DNA of 64,000 nucleotides, taken from NCBI GenBank assembly GCA_035604215.1, contig DATNIW010000025.1, positions 14,824 to 78,823 on the forward strand. Reading direction: 5' to 3'. The notes under the pieces are model-generated. The model was not told the DNA's origin. It worked only from the letters and a program-made list of their open reading frames with translations, and searched no databases. The stretch is from Fibrobacteria bacterium (lineage in GTDB: Bacteria > Fibrobacterota > Fibrobacteria > UBA5070). Of this stretch, positions 1 to 10,206 are shown piece after piece. The first letter of the stretch is position 1; the number at the start of each line of letters is the position of its first letter. The position numbers and the translations under genes were made by a program.

Positions 1-586
1 ATTTCATGGAATAGCACTCCGGCGACGGAGACCTTGGGAACATCCAACCCATCGTAGGCTCGGGAAATGGTGATCAGATGCCTGGGGCCATCGGCGGTTC
101 GCAATTCCTGGTGCGTGGACAGCCCCCCGATCCTAGGAGACCACCGCACCACCGCCCCCAACAGACCCTGAAAATGAGCATTGTTCAATTCGGTGAACAG
201 GTCCTGGAGGTCCACCGCCCGGCCCTGCGAACTCCCGGACGGAATCTTGTCCGGCAGGTGCGACCCCATCCAAGTGAAGATCCTCCGTTCGATCTCCTTC
301 CGGCGCCTGCGCGAGCCCGGAAACGGGTGGAGCGACGACCGGATCCATTCCCGGAGATCTGTCTGGATTTCCGGGGGAGATCCACGGATCGATTCCGGTA
401 CCTGGCAAACCCAACCGCTCGGCTCCTTCGACAATCTCCATCCCTTCTTCCGACGGTTGGAATAAACCAGCGGCACCCCCGGGTCCCTGGCGGGGACCGG
501 CGCAGGCACTTCCTTGCCCGACCCCGGACGCGCGGAAATGGATTCGCGACCGAACAGATCCAGGACCAGCTGGATGGTGGAGCGGA

Positions 587-1234
587 TCAAAGGATCCGGC
601 CCCCGGAACTTCGCGCCAGACATCTCCTCACCGGGGCGAAGCTGGTTCGGTGGAGCGCGCATGGCCCCAGCCGGTCCAAGGCCTCCAGGTGTCTGGGGGT
701 GGGATAGCCCTTGTGGATGGAAAATCCGTAGCCGGGATGCAGTGGCTCCTGTTCCACCATCCACGAGTCGCGGGCGGTCTTCGCCAAGATGGACGCCGCG
801 GCGATGGAAAGGATCTTCCCATCACCCTCCACCACCGCCATCTGGGGCAGGTCCAATCCGGGAATGCACCGATTGCCGTCGACGACGATGGCCGCGGGGG
901 ATTTTCCGAGTCCCTCCAAGGCGCGCCGCATGGCAAGAAACGTGGCCTGGAGGATGTTCAGCGAGTCGATCTCCTCGGCAGTCGCCCAACCCACCCCCCA
1001 CGACAGCTCCGGATCGGAACGGATGATCGAGGCCAAACCCCGGCGCACGGTTTCGGAAAGTTTCTTCGAGTCGTCCAATCCCCGCAGCACCCATCCGTCC
1101 GGTGCCACCACGGCGGCGGCCACCACGGGCCCGGCCAACGGGCCACGCCCAGCTTCATCGACCCCGGCAACGGGTCGCGCCAATCTCCCATCCGGGTCCG
1201 TCAAGACGGACCCGGACCGGCTTTTCGTGGTCAT
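587..1234 (-). CDS. rnhB: Ribonuclease HII
   Basis: 215-aa ORF. The N-terminal 'AGVDEAGRGPLAGPVVAAAVV' (DEAGRG active-site region) and overall conservation are typical of RNase HII. Same strand and orientation as the upstream redoxin gene. Confidence 0.9.
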   Translation of the reverse strand: MTTKSRSGSVLTDPDGRLARPVAGVDEAGRGPLAGPVVAAAVVAPDGWVLRGLDDSKKLSETVRRGLASIIRSDPELSWGVGWATAEEIDSLNILQATFLAMRRALEGLGKSPAAIVVDGNRCIPGLDLPQMAVVEGDGKILSIAAASILAKTARDSWMVEQEPLHPGYGFSIHKGYPTPRHLEALDRLGPCALHRTSFAPVRRCLARSSGGRIL

Positions 1235-1305
1235 CTTCGCTCCTGGCCGAACCCGTCCCCTACGTCCGGATTCGACACCCGAAGTCTAAATCGACAATCG
1301 GCCCC

Positions 1306-1722
1306 TCAGGCCCTGGCCGCAGCGATCGCCCCTTGGACCATGGCCGCCACATCTTCGGGGGGGCGCCCCTGGATGTCCCTCCTGTGGATGATGTCGTGGA
1401 ACTTCCCATCCACGAAAATACCGAAGGAAGGCGACGAGGGAGGTTCCCCGAGGAAATGCTCGCGAACCGCCTCGGTCGCCTCCACGTCGTTTCCGGCGAA
1501 CACGGTGTACAGGTGGTCCGGCTTCGGCCCCAGATTCAAGGCCATGCCCACGCCGGGCCGCGCGGAGGCAGCGGAACAGCCGCACACGGAATTCACCACC
1601 ACCAGACTGACACCCTGGGCGGCAGGCAGTTCCTTCTCCACATCCTGGGCCGATTTCCACTCGCGAAAGCCCAGATCCACGAGTTCCTGGCGCATCGGCG
1701 CCACCAATTCTTCAGGGTACAT
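1306..1722 (-). CDS. Bacilliredoxin-like thiol-disulfide oxidoreductase (YphP/YqiW, DUF1094 family)
   Basis: 138-aa ORF with the CGC redox motif ('NSVCGCSAAS') and length typical of BrxA/B bacilliredoxins. Strong RBS (AAAGGAGGAATGC-ATG) upstream of the ATG at 1722. Confidence 0.55.
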   Translation of the reverse strand: MYPEELVAPMRQELVDLGFREWKSAQDVEKELPAAQGVSLVVVNSVCGCSAASARPGVGMALNLGPKPDHLYTVFAGNDVEATEAVREHFLGEPPSSPSFGIFVDGKFHDIIHRRDIQGRPPEDVAAMVQGAIAAARA

Positions 1723-1800
1723 GCATTCCTCCTTTGAAAGTCGTTCTCAAAATACTCGATCCACGAGGCACGCGACCAGAAGCGGCCTATCTTTGCCTCC

Positions 1801-3564
1801 ATGGGTGCCTTCGAGCAGGCCAAAGAGGAGATCCGGTCCCGCGCCGACATCGTCTCGGTGGTGGGAAGGCGCGTCGCCCTCAAGCGGAAGGGGGCGCACT
1901 GGTCGGGCAGGTGTCCCTTCCACGACGACCACGACCCCTCCATGAACGTCAACCCCGTGCTGGGCATCTACAAGTGTTTCGTGTGCGGAGCCGGGGGCGA
2001 CGTGTTCAAGTTCGTGATGGAACACGATCACATCGGTTTCCGCGAGGCCCTCGAGATGCTTGCCGTCGAGACCGGCGTCCAGCTTCCCGAACGGACCGCG
2101 CAGGACCCCGAGGAAGCGTCCCGGACCGCGGCGGCCCGGGCGGCGATGGATTGGGCCCAAGCCTACTACCACCGGGCGCTCCTGGACTCGCCCCAGGTGC
2201 TGGGATATGCCCGCAAGCGCGGGCTCGAGGACGGGGAGATCGAGGATTTCCACATCGGCTTCGCGCCCGATGGGGACGCGTTGCTGTCCCATGCGCCTGC
2301 GGCCGGGCACTCGCTCCAGTCCCTGGAGACCGCTGGTCTGGTCACCAAGACGGATTCCGGGAGATGGCGCGACCGGTTCCATGTCCGCCTCGTCTTTCCG
2401 CTGACCGATCTTTCCCGGAGGGCGGTGGGGTTCGCGGGTCGCAACCTGCGCTCCGACCGCAAGGACATACCCAAGTATCTCAATTCCCCGGAGACCGAAT
2501 TCTACCGCAAAAGCCAATTCCTCTACGGTCTGGGGCATTCCCGCTCCGAGATCGGGCGAGCGGCGGAAGCCGTGGTCGTGGAAGGGTACATGGATTGGCA
2601 CGCCCTGTGGCGCCATGGCATCCGCAACGTGGTCGCAGCATCGGGTACCGCCTTCACGCGCGACCAGGCAAGGCTTCTGTCCCGGCATTGCCGGAGAGTG
2701 GTCTGCTTCTTCGACGGGGATCGGGCGGGAGTCGCGGCGGCCGAAAGAAGCCTCCCCATCCTGCTCGCGGAGAACATCGAGGTCCGGGTCGCCGATCTGG
2801 AAGGAAGCGGTGCCAAGGATCCGGATGAACTTCTCAAGTCGTCGGGACCCGAGGCGTTGAAGCGACGCATTTCCGAAGCCCGCCACTGGGTCCACTTCCT
2901 GGTGGGCGGATTCCGCAAGCAAAGTCCTCGTCCCACCCCGGACCAGAGGGCCGACTTCCTGCGCCGCGTCAAGGTCCTGCTGGATGCCATCGCGGATCCT
3001 GTCCTGCGGGACCTGTGCGCCAGGGAAGCCCACCAGTTCCTGGAGGTCATGGGCGAGGGACCGGCCCTCGCATCTCCCCTGAACCGGACACCTGGAAAGC
3101 CCCCCCTGCAAAATCCGACGGGAAAGGCGATACTGGTCGGAACACAAAAGAAGGAAGCCCAATTCTTGCAGATCGTCCTCACCGATCCGGTCCTGGTGCT
3201 CGACGCCCGGAACAAAGTGGAACCATCGGACCTTTCCGAACCCAGTTGCCGGAGGATCTGGGATCTCCTGGTCGCGGAATCGGAATGGGGCGGCGAACCT
3301 CCCGACACCAGGACGTTCGTGTCGCGACTGGATCCCCCCCTTGCCGATTTCGTGGCGAAACTCTTTCAATTCCTGCCGGAGGAGGATCCGCGGAAGTGGA
3401 TGGACGACTTCCTGCGCGACCTCCAGTTGCGCCGGCTCAGGGAACGCAGACGGATCCTGGCATCCGAGGTCCGCATCGCCGGTTCGGAAGCGAGCCGTTC
3501 TCCGGAGTACCGTGAACTCATGGCGCAAGAGCAGCAACTTCTTCCCTCCAGGATGGACACGTGA
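1801..3564 (+). CDS. dnaG: DNA primase
   Basis: 587 aa. The N-terminal zinc-binding '[13 protein letters not shown]...[15 protein letters not shown]' followed by TOPRIM region 'EGYMDWHAL...ASGTAFT' is diagnostic. Its stop overlaps the rpoD start (GTGA). Confidence 0.92.
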   Translation: MGAFEQAKEEIRSRADIVSVVGRRVALKRKGAHWSGRCPFHDDHDPSMNVNPVLGIYKCFVCGAGGDVFKFVMEHDHIGFREALEMLAVETGVQLPERTAQDPEEASRTAAARAAMDWAQAYYHRALLDSPQVLGYARKRGLEDGEIEDFHIGFAPDGDALLSHAPAAGHSLQSLETAGLVTKTDSGRWRDRFHVRLVFPLTDLSRRAVGFAGRNLRSDRKDIPKYLNSPETEFYRKSQFLYGLGHSRSEIGRAAEAVVVEGYMDWHALWRHGIRNVVAASGTAFTRDQARLLSRHCRRVVCFFDGDRAGVAAAERSLPILLAENIEVRVADLEGSGAKDPDELLKSSGPEALKRRISEARHWVHFLVGGFRKQSPRPTPDQRADFLRRVKVLLDAIADPVLRDLCAREAHQFLEVMGEGPALASPLNRTPGKPPLQNPTGKAILVGTQKKEAQFLQIVLTDPVLVLDARNKVEPSDLSEPSCRRIWDLLVAESEWGGEPPDTRTFVSRLDPPLADFVAKLFQFLPEEDPRKWMDDFLRDLQLRRLRERRRILASEVRIAGSEASRSPEYRELMAQEQQLLPSRMDT

Positions 3565-4994
3565 ACACAGTCGACCCCAAGATCGTCCGACGCCTGGAGA
3601 AGACAGCCAGGGTGCAGGGCTTCCTGGCGCAGAGCCAGATCTCCTCGCTTTGCAAGGACGACGAACAGACCGACCTGCTGGCCGAGCTTTTCCGGCGCCG
3701 CGGCGTGACCGTGAACCAGAGCAATGTCGGGATCCGCCACGCCGAGGCACGGAGGCAGAGCAACGGTCAAGGCCGGTTCTGGGATCCCACCTGGGTCTAC
3801 CTCAATTCGGTGGGCCGGGTCGCGCTCCTCTCCCGCGAGGAGGAAGTCGCCATCGCGCAGCGGATCGACCAGGTCCAGCAGAGGATCCTGGGAATCCTGT
3901 TCCACGACATCCGCGTTCTCCGCGAAGTGGTCCACCTCTGCGAACAGGTGGAGCGCGAGGAGATCCGCATCGAGGAGATCTGCCAGATCGACAACGACGC
4001 GTGGACCGAATCGAAGGTCTACGAGAAGGAGAAGACCAGGATCCTTTCCCAGCTCGGCCAGTTGCGCAGGTCCCTGGCGGGCGCGACCCGGAAACCCGGC
4101 GACGAAGCTCGGGCGGCGGCCCTGGCCGTGGGCCTTTCGGCCCGGCAGATCGACCGGCTCACCCGGCTCTGGAAGACCCTGGTGGAGGAGGACGAACGGG
4201 CGCGCGACGAATTCCTGGCGGTGCGCCAATGGGAGGCCGTGCGGGACGGCGCCAAGGAGGAGATCGTCGAAGCCAACGTGAGGTTGGTGGTTTCCATCGC
4301 CAAGCGGTACAACCAGAAGGGCATGGAGTTGATCGACCTGATCCAGGAGGGAAACCAGGGACTGATCCGGGCCGTGGAGAACTTCGACTACACCAAGGGC
4401 TACAAGTTCAGCACCTACGCCACCTGGTGGATCAAGCAGAGCATCACCCGCGCCATCGCCGACAAGGGCAAGATCATCCGGATTCCGGCCAACATGCTGG
4501 ACAGCATCCGTCGGATCCTGCGGGTCGCCCGCGAGCTTCAGGCCAAGACCGGCGGTCAGGCGACTCCGGAGGAGATCGCCTTGGCCGCGGGAGTGGACAT
4601 CGAGAAGGTCAACATCGCCCTGGAAAGCTCGCAGGATCCCGTCAGCCTCGATTCCTGGACATCTTCCGACCAATCCAGCAGGATCGGGGACTTCATCGAG
4701 GACCGCACCGTGGAGGCCCCCTGGCAGGCGGTCCAGACGCGGCTTCTGCGCGAACAGATCGACGGCGCCCTGGGAAGCCTGGAAGAGAAGGAACGGCAGA
4801 TCATCCGGCTGCGATTCGGACTCGACGACGGCCAGGCCAGCACCCTCAAGGAGATCGGCGAGCGCTTCGGCATCAGCCGCGAACGGGTGAGGCAGATCGA
4901 ATCCAAGGCCATCCAGAAGTTGCAGCACCCTTCCCGTTCCAGGCTCCTCGAAGGGTGGGAGGAGGTCTTCGACGGGGAGTCGAGTCCTCCGTGA
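3561..4994 (+). CDS. rpoD: RNA polymerase sigma-70 factor RpoD (short form, GTG start)
   Basis: 477 aa. Region 2 to 4 signatures are present ('[54 protein letters not shown]', C-terminal '[26 protein letters not shown]'). The GTG at 3561 overlaps the dnaG stop. Confidence 0.92.
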   Translation: MNTVDPKIVRRLEKTARVQGFLAQSQISSLCKDDEQTDLLAELFRRRGVTVNQSNVGIRHAEARRQSNGQGRFWDPTWVYLNSVGRVALLSREEEVAIAQRIDQVQQRILGILFHDIRVLREVVHLCEQVEREEIRIEEICQIDNDAWTESKVYEKEKTRILSQLGQLRRSLAGATRKPGDEARAAALAVGLSARQIDRLTRLWKTLVEEDERARDEFLAVRQWEAVRDGAKEEIVEANVRLVVSIAKRYNQKGMELIDLIQEGNQGLIRAVENFDYTKGYKFSTYATWWIKQSITRAIADKGKIIRIPANMLDSIRRILRVARELQAKTGGQATPEEIALAAGVDIEKVNIALESSQDPVSLDSWTSSDQSSRIGDFIEDRTVEAPWQAVQTRLLREQIDGALGSLEEKERQIIRLRFGLDDGQASTLKEIGERFGISRERVRQIESKAIQKLQHPSRSRLLEGWEEVFDGESSPP

Positions 4995-7141
4995 GCGCGG
5001 AGGGCGCGACAAGACTCGTCGACTGGATCCGCGACAACAGGACCGATCTGGACGCGGCGGCCATCCGACGCGCGCTGGAATTCGCGGACCGCGCCCACGA
5101 AGGCCAGCGTCGCAAGTCCGGCATCCCCTACGCCGACCATCCTTTCGAGGTCTGCCGGATACTGGCGGAAAACGGAATGGACGAAGCCACCGTGATGGCC
5201 GGAGTGCTCCACGACGTGGTCGAGGACACCGAGATCCCCGTCGCGGAAATCGGAAACCTCTTCGGGCAGGAGGTGGCCTTCCTGGTGGAGGGCGTCACGA
5301 AGATGGCGCTCTTGCCCTCGCAGACGCGGGAGCAGCGCCAGGCCGAGACCTACCGCAAGATGCTGGTCTCCATGGCCTCCGACCCGCGCGTGATCCTCAT
5401 CAAGTTCGCGGACCGGCTGCACAACCTCCGGACCCTGCGGTACATGGCCCCGGAGAAGCGCAAGGCCATCGCCGCCGAAACCCTGGAAGTCTACGCGCCC
5501 CTCGCCCACCGCTTCGGGCTGGGTCGGCTCAAGTGGGAGATCGAGGACCTCTCCTTCAAGCACCTCCACCCCGACGAGTACCAGCGGCTGGTGGAGAAGA
5601 TCGCCGAAAAGCGCGCCGAGCGCGAGGCCTACATCCGGTCCGTGCTGGAACCGCTGGAGCAGCGGCTCGCCGAGGCGGAGCTCCCCGCCGAGGTGAACGG
5701 CAGGCCCAAGCACCTCTACAGCATCTGGCGGAAGCTCCGGGAGAAGGCCACTTCCGAACTGGATTCCATCCACGACCTGAACGCGGTGCGGGTCATCGTC
5801 GGTTCCGTGGCCCAGTGCTACGAGGCGCTGGGCTACGTCCACGGACTCTGGGCTCCCATCGCGGGGCGCTTCAAGGACTACATCGCGGTGCCCAAGTCCA
5901 ACCTCTACCAGAGCCTCCACACCACGGTGATGGGGCCGGAAGGCCGTGGCGTCGAAGTCCAGATCCGCACCCGCGAGATGGACCGGATCGCGAACGAGGG
6001 CATCGCCGCCCACTGGGCCTACAAGCAGGGCGTGTCCGGCGACAAGGTGTTGTCCGAGAACCGCTGGCTGGAACAACTCCTGCGCATCCAGTCGGAGACG
6101 CGCGACGGCCCCGAGTTCATGGAGATGGTCCAGGGCGAACTGTCCGCGCAGGAGATCTTCGTCTACACCCCCCGCGGCGACGTGGTGCAGCTTCCGAAGG
6201 GCGCCACCCCGGTGGACTACGCCTTCGAGATCCACACCGGGCTGGGTCTCCATTGCGCAGGCGCGCGCGTGGACGGGAACATGTTCCAGTTGCACCTGCC
6301 GCTGAATTCCGGCCAGACGGTGGAGATCGTCCGGTCCGAGTCCTCGCACCCCGTCCGCGACTGGCTTCGCCACGTCCGCACGTCCAAGGCGCGATCCGCG
6401 ATCCGGCGCTACCTGAAGCAGACGGAGACCGAAGCCGACCGATCGCTCGGTCGCGAAGTCCTGTCCAGGGAGTTGGGGCGAAGACAGATCCCGTCGCCAC
6501 CCCCCGATCTCCTGGGCCTGTTGCTCGAGAGGTCCGGCAGCGACGATCTCGACGACCTCCACGCCCGGATCGGCAGAGGGGATTTCTCCCCGCAGCAGCT
6601 CTCCGCCGCGCTCCCGCCGGTTCCGACTCCGCCGCGCCAGGGGATGCTGGACCGGGTGCTTCGCCGCAAGGTGGAAGCACCGGCCCGCCAGCACGCGATC
6701 CGGGTCGGGGGGCAGAACGGGATCCTCCACCACCGGGCCGGCTGCTGCCAGCCGGTTCCGGGCGAAGAGATCCGAGGCTACATCACCCAGGGACGCGGCA
6801 TCAGCCTGCATGCGGCATCCTGCGCCCAGGGAAAACGCCTGATCGCCCGCGAAGGCCGCGAGGTGGAGGTGGAATGGGATGCGGAGGCGCAGAAGCTCGA
6901 CTGGGAGGTCACCTTGGAAGTCACCGCTCGCGACCGAAACAACCTCCTGCGCGACCTCACGGGCTCGCTCAGCTCCGCGAACGTGAACGTGCTCAGGGCG
7001 GCCATCTCCACGGTGGGCGATTCGGTGCGGGACAGGTTCCGGATCAGCGTCTCCAACCTGGTCCAACTGGAGAACTGCATGGGAAGCCTGCGGGGAGTTC
7101 CGGGTGTCCTCCATGTTCTGCGCACGGGAGCCACCGGATGA
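4991..7141 (+). CDS. rel: Bifunctional (p)ppGpp synthetase/hydrolase (Rel/SpoT family)
   Basis: About 716 aa if started at the in-frame GTG 4991, which overlaps the rpoD TGA. It has an HD hydrolase motif ('HDVVEDT'), a synthetase region ('[18 protein letters not shown]...[20 protein letters not shown]'), a TGS domain and a C-terminal ACT-like domain. The N-terminal 550 codons of the listed 3341..7141 ORF are another frame of rpoD and are not part of this gene. Confidence 0.9.
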   Translation: MSAEGATRLVDWIRDNRTDLDAAAIRRALEFADRAHEGQRRKSGIPYADHPFEVCRILAENGMDEATVMAGVLHDVVEDTEIPVAEIGNLFGQEVAFLVEGVTKMALLPSQTREQRQAETYRKMLVSMASDPRVILIKFADRLHNLRTLRYMAPEKRKAIAAETLEVYAPLAHRFGLGRLKWEIEDLSFKHLHPDEYQRLVEKIAEKRAEREAYIRSVLEPLEQRLAEAELPAEVNGRPKHLYSIWRKLREKATSELDSIHDLNAVRVIVGSVAQCYEALGYVHGLWAPIAGRFKDYIAVPKSNLYQSLHTTVMGPEGRGVEVQIRTREMDRIANEGIAAHWAYKQGVSGDKVLSENRWLEQLLRIQSETRDGPEFMEMVQGELSAQEIFVYTPRGDVVQLPKGATPVDYAFEIHTGLGLHCAGARVDGNMFQLHLPLNSGQTVEIVRSESSHPVRDWLRHVRTSKARSAIRRYLKQTETEADRSLGREVLSRELGRRQIPSPPPDLLGLLLERSGSDDLDDLHARIGRGDFSPQQLSAALPPVPTPPRQGMLDRVLRRKVEAPARQHAIRVGGQNGILHHRAGCCQPVPGEEIRGYITQGRGISLHAASCAQGKRLIAREGREVEVEWDAEAQKLDWEVTLEVTARDRNNLLRDLTGSLSSANVNVLRAAISTVGDSVRDRFRISVSNLVQLENCMGSLRGVPGVLHVLRTGATG

Positions 7142-7623
7142 CGCTCTGGAACACGGTGTATTCCATGAACGGGCGCCTGGTCGCCTTCCTGGTGGGGGTC
7201 GCGGTCGCCACCGTATTCGCCGCACCCATTCTCCTCGCGACCCTCCGCAGGCCGCGGCGCGCCGAACGCGAGGCGCCGCTCCCGATCCAAGGCCCCGCCT
7301 ACCGAGGCATTCCGGACATGGCCGGCGCCCTCCAGCAGTTGGCCCTGGCGGACCTGCTGCAGTTTTTGGCCCAGGGCGGCCACACCGGCACGCTGCGTTT
7401 GGATTCGGGAAGGAGAACAGGGTCCATCCGACTGGTCCAGGGGCTCGTGACCACCGCCGAGTTCCGTCGGGACAGGGATCTTCCGGCGCTCTTCCAGATG
7501 CTGTCCCTGGAGATCGGAGACTTCCATTTCCGGTTCGAACCCACCCCGCCCGAACCCGTGCGCGGACGCGAGGTCGTGGACATCCTGATGCTCTGGCTGG
7601 CCGGCAAGGAGGATTTCCGATGA
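7138..7623 (+). CDS. DUF4388 (PATAN-like) domain protein, standalone
   Basis: 161 aa, 'MTLWNTV...LQQLALADLLQFLAQGGHTGTLRL...'. The LADLLQ(F/L)L..GG.TG.L motif is characteristic of the DUF4388 domain usually found N-terminal in response regulators. ATG 7138 overlaps the rel stop (ATGA). Confidence 0.55.
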   Translation: MTLWNTVYSMNGRLVAFLVGVAVATVFAAPILLATLRRPRRAEREAPLPIQGPAYRGIPDMAGALQQLALADLLQFLAQGGHTGTLRLDSGRRTGSIRLVQGLVTTAEFRRDRDLPALFQMLSLEIGDFHFRFEPTPPEPVRGREVVDILMLWLAGKEDFR

Positions 7624-8036
7624 ACCACAACGCGACATCCCCGCTGCTGTTCCACCGGTTCCGACGCGACCACCAGTTGCGCCTCCTGTTTTCGGCGGCG
7701 CAGAGGCACGTCTCGGGCAAGCCGGGTTGGATCCGACCCGGAAGTCCCGACGTGGCCTCGATCCTCGAACTCGTCGCCGAAGCGGTCTACCACTCCCAGG
7801 AAGCCCTGCGGAACCGGTCCATGGAGTGGCCCGGTTCCGCGCCGGACGATTCCGACCGGAAGCTGGACGGTTTCCTGGTGGAGATGCACGACTGGTTCCT
7901 GCTCCTGAGTCGGCTGATGGCGGGAGAAGACGACCCCCGACCGCGGATCCAGCCCCTGCTCGAGGCGAGGCTTCGCATGGGACAGCAACTGTTCCACTCC
8001 TCCCGGCACCCCGCTCCCGCTCCGCCCCTGCGCTGA
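7620..8036 (+). CDS. Hypothetical protein (138 aa), no recognisable domain
   Basis: In-frame ATG overlapping the stop of the DUF4388 gene (ATGA). Sequence 'MNHNATSPLLFHRFRRDHQLRLL...' has no family I recognise. Coding status rests on operon geometry only. Confidence 0.35.
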   Translation: MNHNATSPLLFHRFRRDHQLRLLFSAAQRHVSGKPGWIRPGSPDVASILELVAEAVYHSQEALRNRSMEWPGSAPDDSDRKLDGFLVEMHDWFLLLSRLMAGEDDPRPRIQPLLEARLRMGQQLFHSSRHPAPAPPLR

Positions 8037-8109
8037 CCTCGCCGAGTTCCTGTTCCCCGTTGGATTGCCCCACCCTCGGGTGCATCTTTGGTGTCCACGG
8101 GAGAACTGG

Positions 8110-9624
8110 ATGATTCCCAACCTCAGGCATTTGCGCGTCCTGGCCGACCAGGGCTTCAACTTGATCCCCATCTGGACCGAGCGGCTTGCCGACACGGAGA
8201 CGCCCGTCTCCGCCTACCTGAAGCTCGTGGGCACGGACGAAATCGACCATTCGTTCCTGCTGGAATCCGTGGAGGGAGGGGAAACCGTGGCCCGCTACTC
8301 CTTCCTTGGACGCGACCCCCATCTGGTCTTCCGTTCCCGGCACGGGAAGTGGTCCGTCTCCGGCGAGGTTTCCGAGCAGGGAGACACCGACCCCTTCGGA
8401 AAGCTCCGCCTGCTGGTTTCGGCGTGCAAGGTCCACCAGCCCGAGGGGCTTCCCCCATTGGCCGGCGCGGTGGGATTCGCGGCCTACGACAGTGTCCGTC
8501 TGGTGGAAGACCTGCCGGACACCTGCATCGACGACCTGGGGATGGACGATCTCCGCTTCGGCTTCTACGACGCGGGGGTCGTCTTCGACAACCGACGCCA
8601 CCGGATCCTGGTTTGGAGCTTCGCGGATCTGCGCGTGGACGGACCTGAAGCGGCCCTGGAGAAGGCGCTGGAGAGGATCCGTCTGCTGGACGGCAAGTTG
8701 GATGGAACGCTGTCCAGCACCCGTCTGGACGTGGTGGCCGAGCCCTCGGCGGTGACTTCCAACTTCACCCGCGAAGGATTCCTGGCCGCGGTCGCGCGCT
8801 GCAAGGAGTACATCAGGGCGGGAGACGCCTTCCAGATCGTGCTGTCGCAACGGCTGACCTGCACGCCGGGATGTTCCGCGCTGGACATCTACAGGATGTT
8901 GCGGGGCATCAACCCCTCTCCCTACATGTTCTACCTCAAGTTCGGGGAGACGGAGGTCGCCGGAGCGAGTCCCGAGCTCCTCGTGCGCGTGCAGGACGGG
9001 AACGTCGAGGTCCGTCCCATCGCGGGGACGCGGCCTCGCGGAAAGACGCCGCGTGCGGACGCGGAACTGGAGAAGGAGCTCCTGGCCGATCCCAAGGAAT
9101 TGGCCGAACACCTCATGCTCGTGGATCTGGGACGCAACGACGTCGGGCGCGTGAGCGAATACGGAAGCGTGACGCCGCGCGACCTCTTCGTGGTGGAGCG
9201 GTACAGCCACGTCATGCACATCGTGAGTTCCGTGCAGGGACGCCTGGCCCCGGGGAAGGATGCCTTGGACGCCCTGATGTCGGGCTTTCCCGCCGGAACG
9301 CTGTCCGGAGCCCCCAAGATCAGGGCCATGCAGATCATCGACGAACTGGAGCCCACCCGACGCGGTCTCTATGGTGGAGCGGTCTGCTACCTGGACCTCG
9401 CGGGCAACCTGGAAAGCTGCATCGTGATCCGCACGGTGGTGGTCCGCGACGGTCTCGCCCACGTCCAGGCCGGCGCGGGCATCGTGCACGACTCCGACCC
9501 GGAAAGCGAATTCAAGGAGACCCTCCACAAGGCCAGCGCCGTGGTCCAGGCCATCCGCGCGGCGCACCGCGCCCACGGGGAGTTGGGCTCCATCGAAGCC
9601 TCCATCGCCGAGGAGAACGCATGA
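8110..9624 (+). CDS. trpE: Anthranilate synthase component I
   Basis: 'FLLESVEGGE...RYSFLG' N-terminal region and chorismate-binding C-terminal 'GAGIVHDSDPESEFKET' (TrpE/PabB fold). ATG at 8110 with GGGAGAA RBS. Confidence 0.85.
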   Translation: MIPNLRHLRVLADQGFNLIPIWTERLADTETPVSAYLKLVGTDEIDHSFLLESVEGGETVARYSFLGRDPHLVFRSRHGKWSVSGEVSEQGDTDPFGKLRLLVSACKVHQPEGLPPLAGAVGFAAYDSVRLVEDLPDTCIDDLGMDDLRFGFYDAGVVFDNRRHRILVWSFADLRVDGPEAALEKALERIRLLDGKLDGTLSSTRLDVVAEPSAVTSNFTREGFLAAVARCKEYIRAGDAFQIVLSQRLTCTPGCSALDIYRMLRGINPSPYMFYLKFGETEVAGASPELLVRVQDGNVEVRPIAGTRPRGKTPRADAELEKELLADPKELAEHLMLVDLGRNDVGRVSEYGSVTPRDLFVVERYSHVMHIVSSVQGRLAPGKDALDALMSGFPAGTLSGAPKIRAMQIIDELEPTRRGLYGGAVCYLDLAGNLESCIVIRTVVVRDGLAHVQAGAGIVHDSDPESEFKETLHKASAVVQAIRAAHRAHGELGSIEASIAEENA

Positions 9625-10202
9625 TCCTCGTCATCGACAACTACGACAGCTTCACCTTCAACCTCGTCCAGTACCTGGGAGAGCTGGTCGCGGGGAAGGA
9701 CGAAATCCAGGTGGTGCGAAACGACGAACTGACCGTGGACCAGATCCTGGCCCGGGGCCCGTCCCATCTGGTGGTGAGCCCCGGACCGTGCACCCCCTCG
9801 GAAGCGGGCGTTTCCGTGGAGCTCGTCTCGCGCTGTCCCGATTCCATCCCCCTGCTCGGGGTCTGCCTGGGACACCAGTCGCTGGGCCAGGCGATGGGGG
9901 GGATCGTGGAACGCGCACCCGTTCCCATGCACGGGAAGGTCTCGGAGATCCACCACGACGGATCCCGACTCTTTTCGGCGCTGCCGGATCCCTTCGAGGC
10001 CACCCGCTACCACTCCCTGACCGTGCGCCGCCAGGGGTTGCCCGCGACGCTTTCCGTCACGGCCTGGACCACGGACGGCCTGGTGATGGGATTGGAGCAC
10101 GTCTCCCGCCCCCTCTTCGGCGTGCAGTTCCATCCGGAGAGCATCCGGACCACGCACGGGAAGCAGATCCTCGCCAATTTCCTCTCTGTCCGCGGAGCGT
10201 GA
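9621..10202 (+). CDS. trpG: Anthranilate synthase component II (glutamine amidotransferase)
   Basis: 'MILVIDNYDSFTFNLVQYL...LGVCLGHQSLG...GVQFHPES'. The class-I GATase catalytic triad context is present. ATG overlaps the trpE stop (ATGA). Confidence 0.88.
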   Translation: MILVIDNYDSFTFNLVQYLGELVAGKDEIQVVRNDELTVDQILARGPSHLVVSPGPCTPSEAGVSVELVSRCPDSIPLLGVCLGHQSLGQAMGGIVERAPVPMHGKVSEIHHDGSRLFSALPDPFEATRYHSLTVRRQGLPATLSVTAWTTDGLVMGLEHVSRPLFGVQFHPESIRTTHGKQILANFLSVRGA

Positions 10203-10206
10203 TCGG

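Noticed and set aside
133-441. 102-aa Pro/Gly-rich ORF downstream of rnhB
   Set aside because: It has low-complexity composition and no family resemblance, and it overlaps an alternative frame with weak TrmD-like similarity. It is left uncalled as a feature.
1747-3750. 667-aa minus-strand ORF antisense to dnaG. Similar long antisense or alternative-frame ORFs occur at 4556-7720, 6778-9576, 9387-11738, 43684-45450, 44798-47479, 54935-58714 and 30771-34394.
   Set aside because: They are low-complexity Arg/Pro/Gly-rich translations typical of stop-poor frames in GC-rich DNA. Each overlaps a strongly conserved gene on the opposite strand or in another frame, and none has a recognisable family.
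3341-4990. N-terminal 550 codons of the listed 1266-aa ORF 3341-7141
   Set aside because: This part is the +1 frame of rpoD and is not Rel-like. The Rel/SpoT homology begins at the in-frame GTG 4991, which overlaps the rpoD stop.
8037-8109. trp leader peptide / attenuator upstream of trpE
   Set aside because: The gap is only 73 nt and has no tandem-Trp mini-ORF or alternative hairpins.
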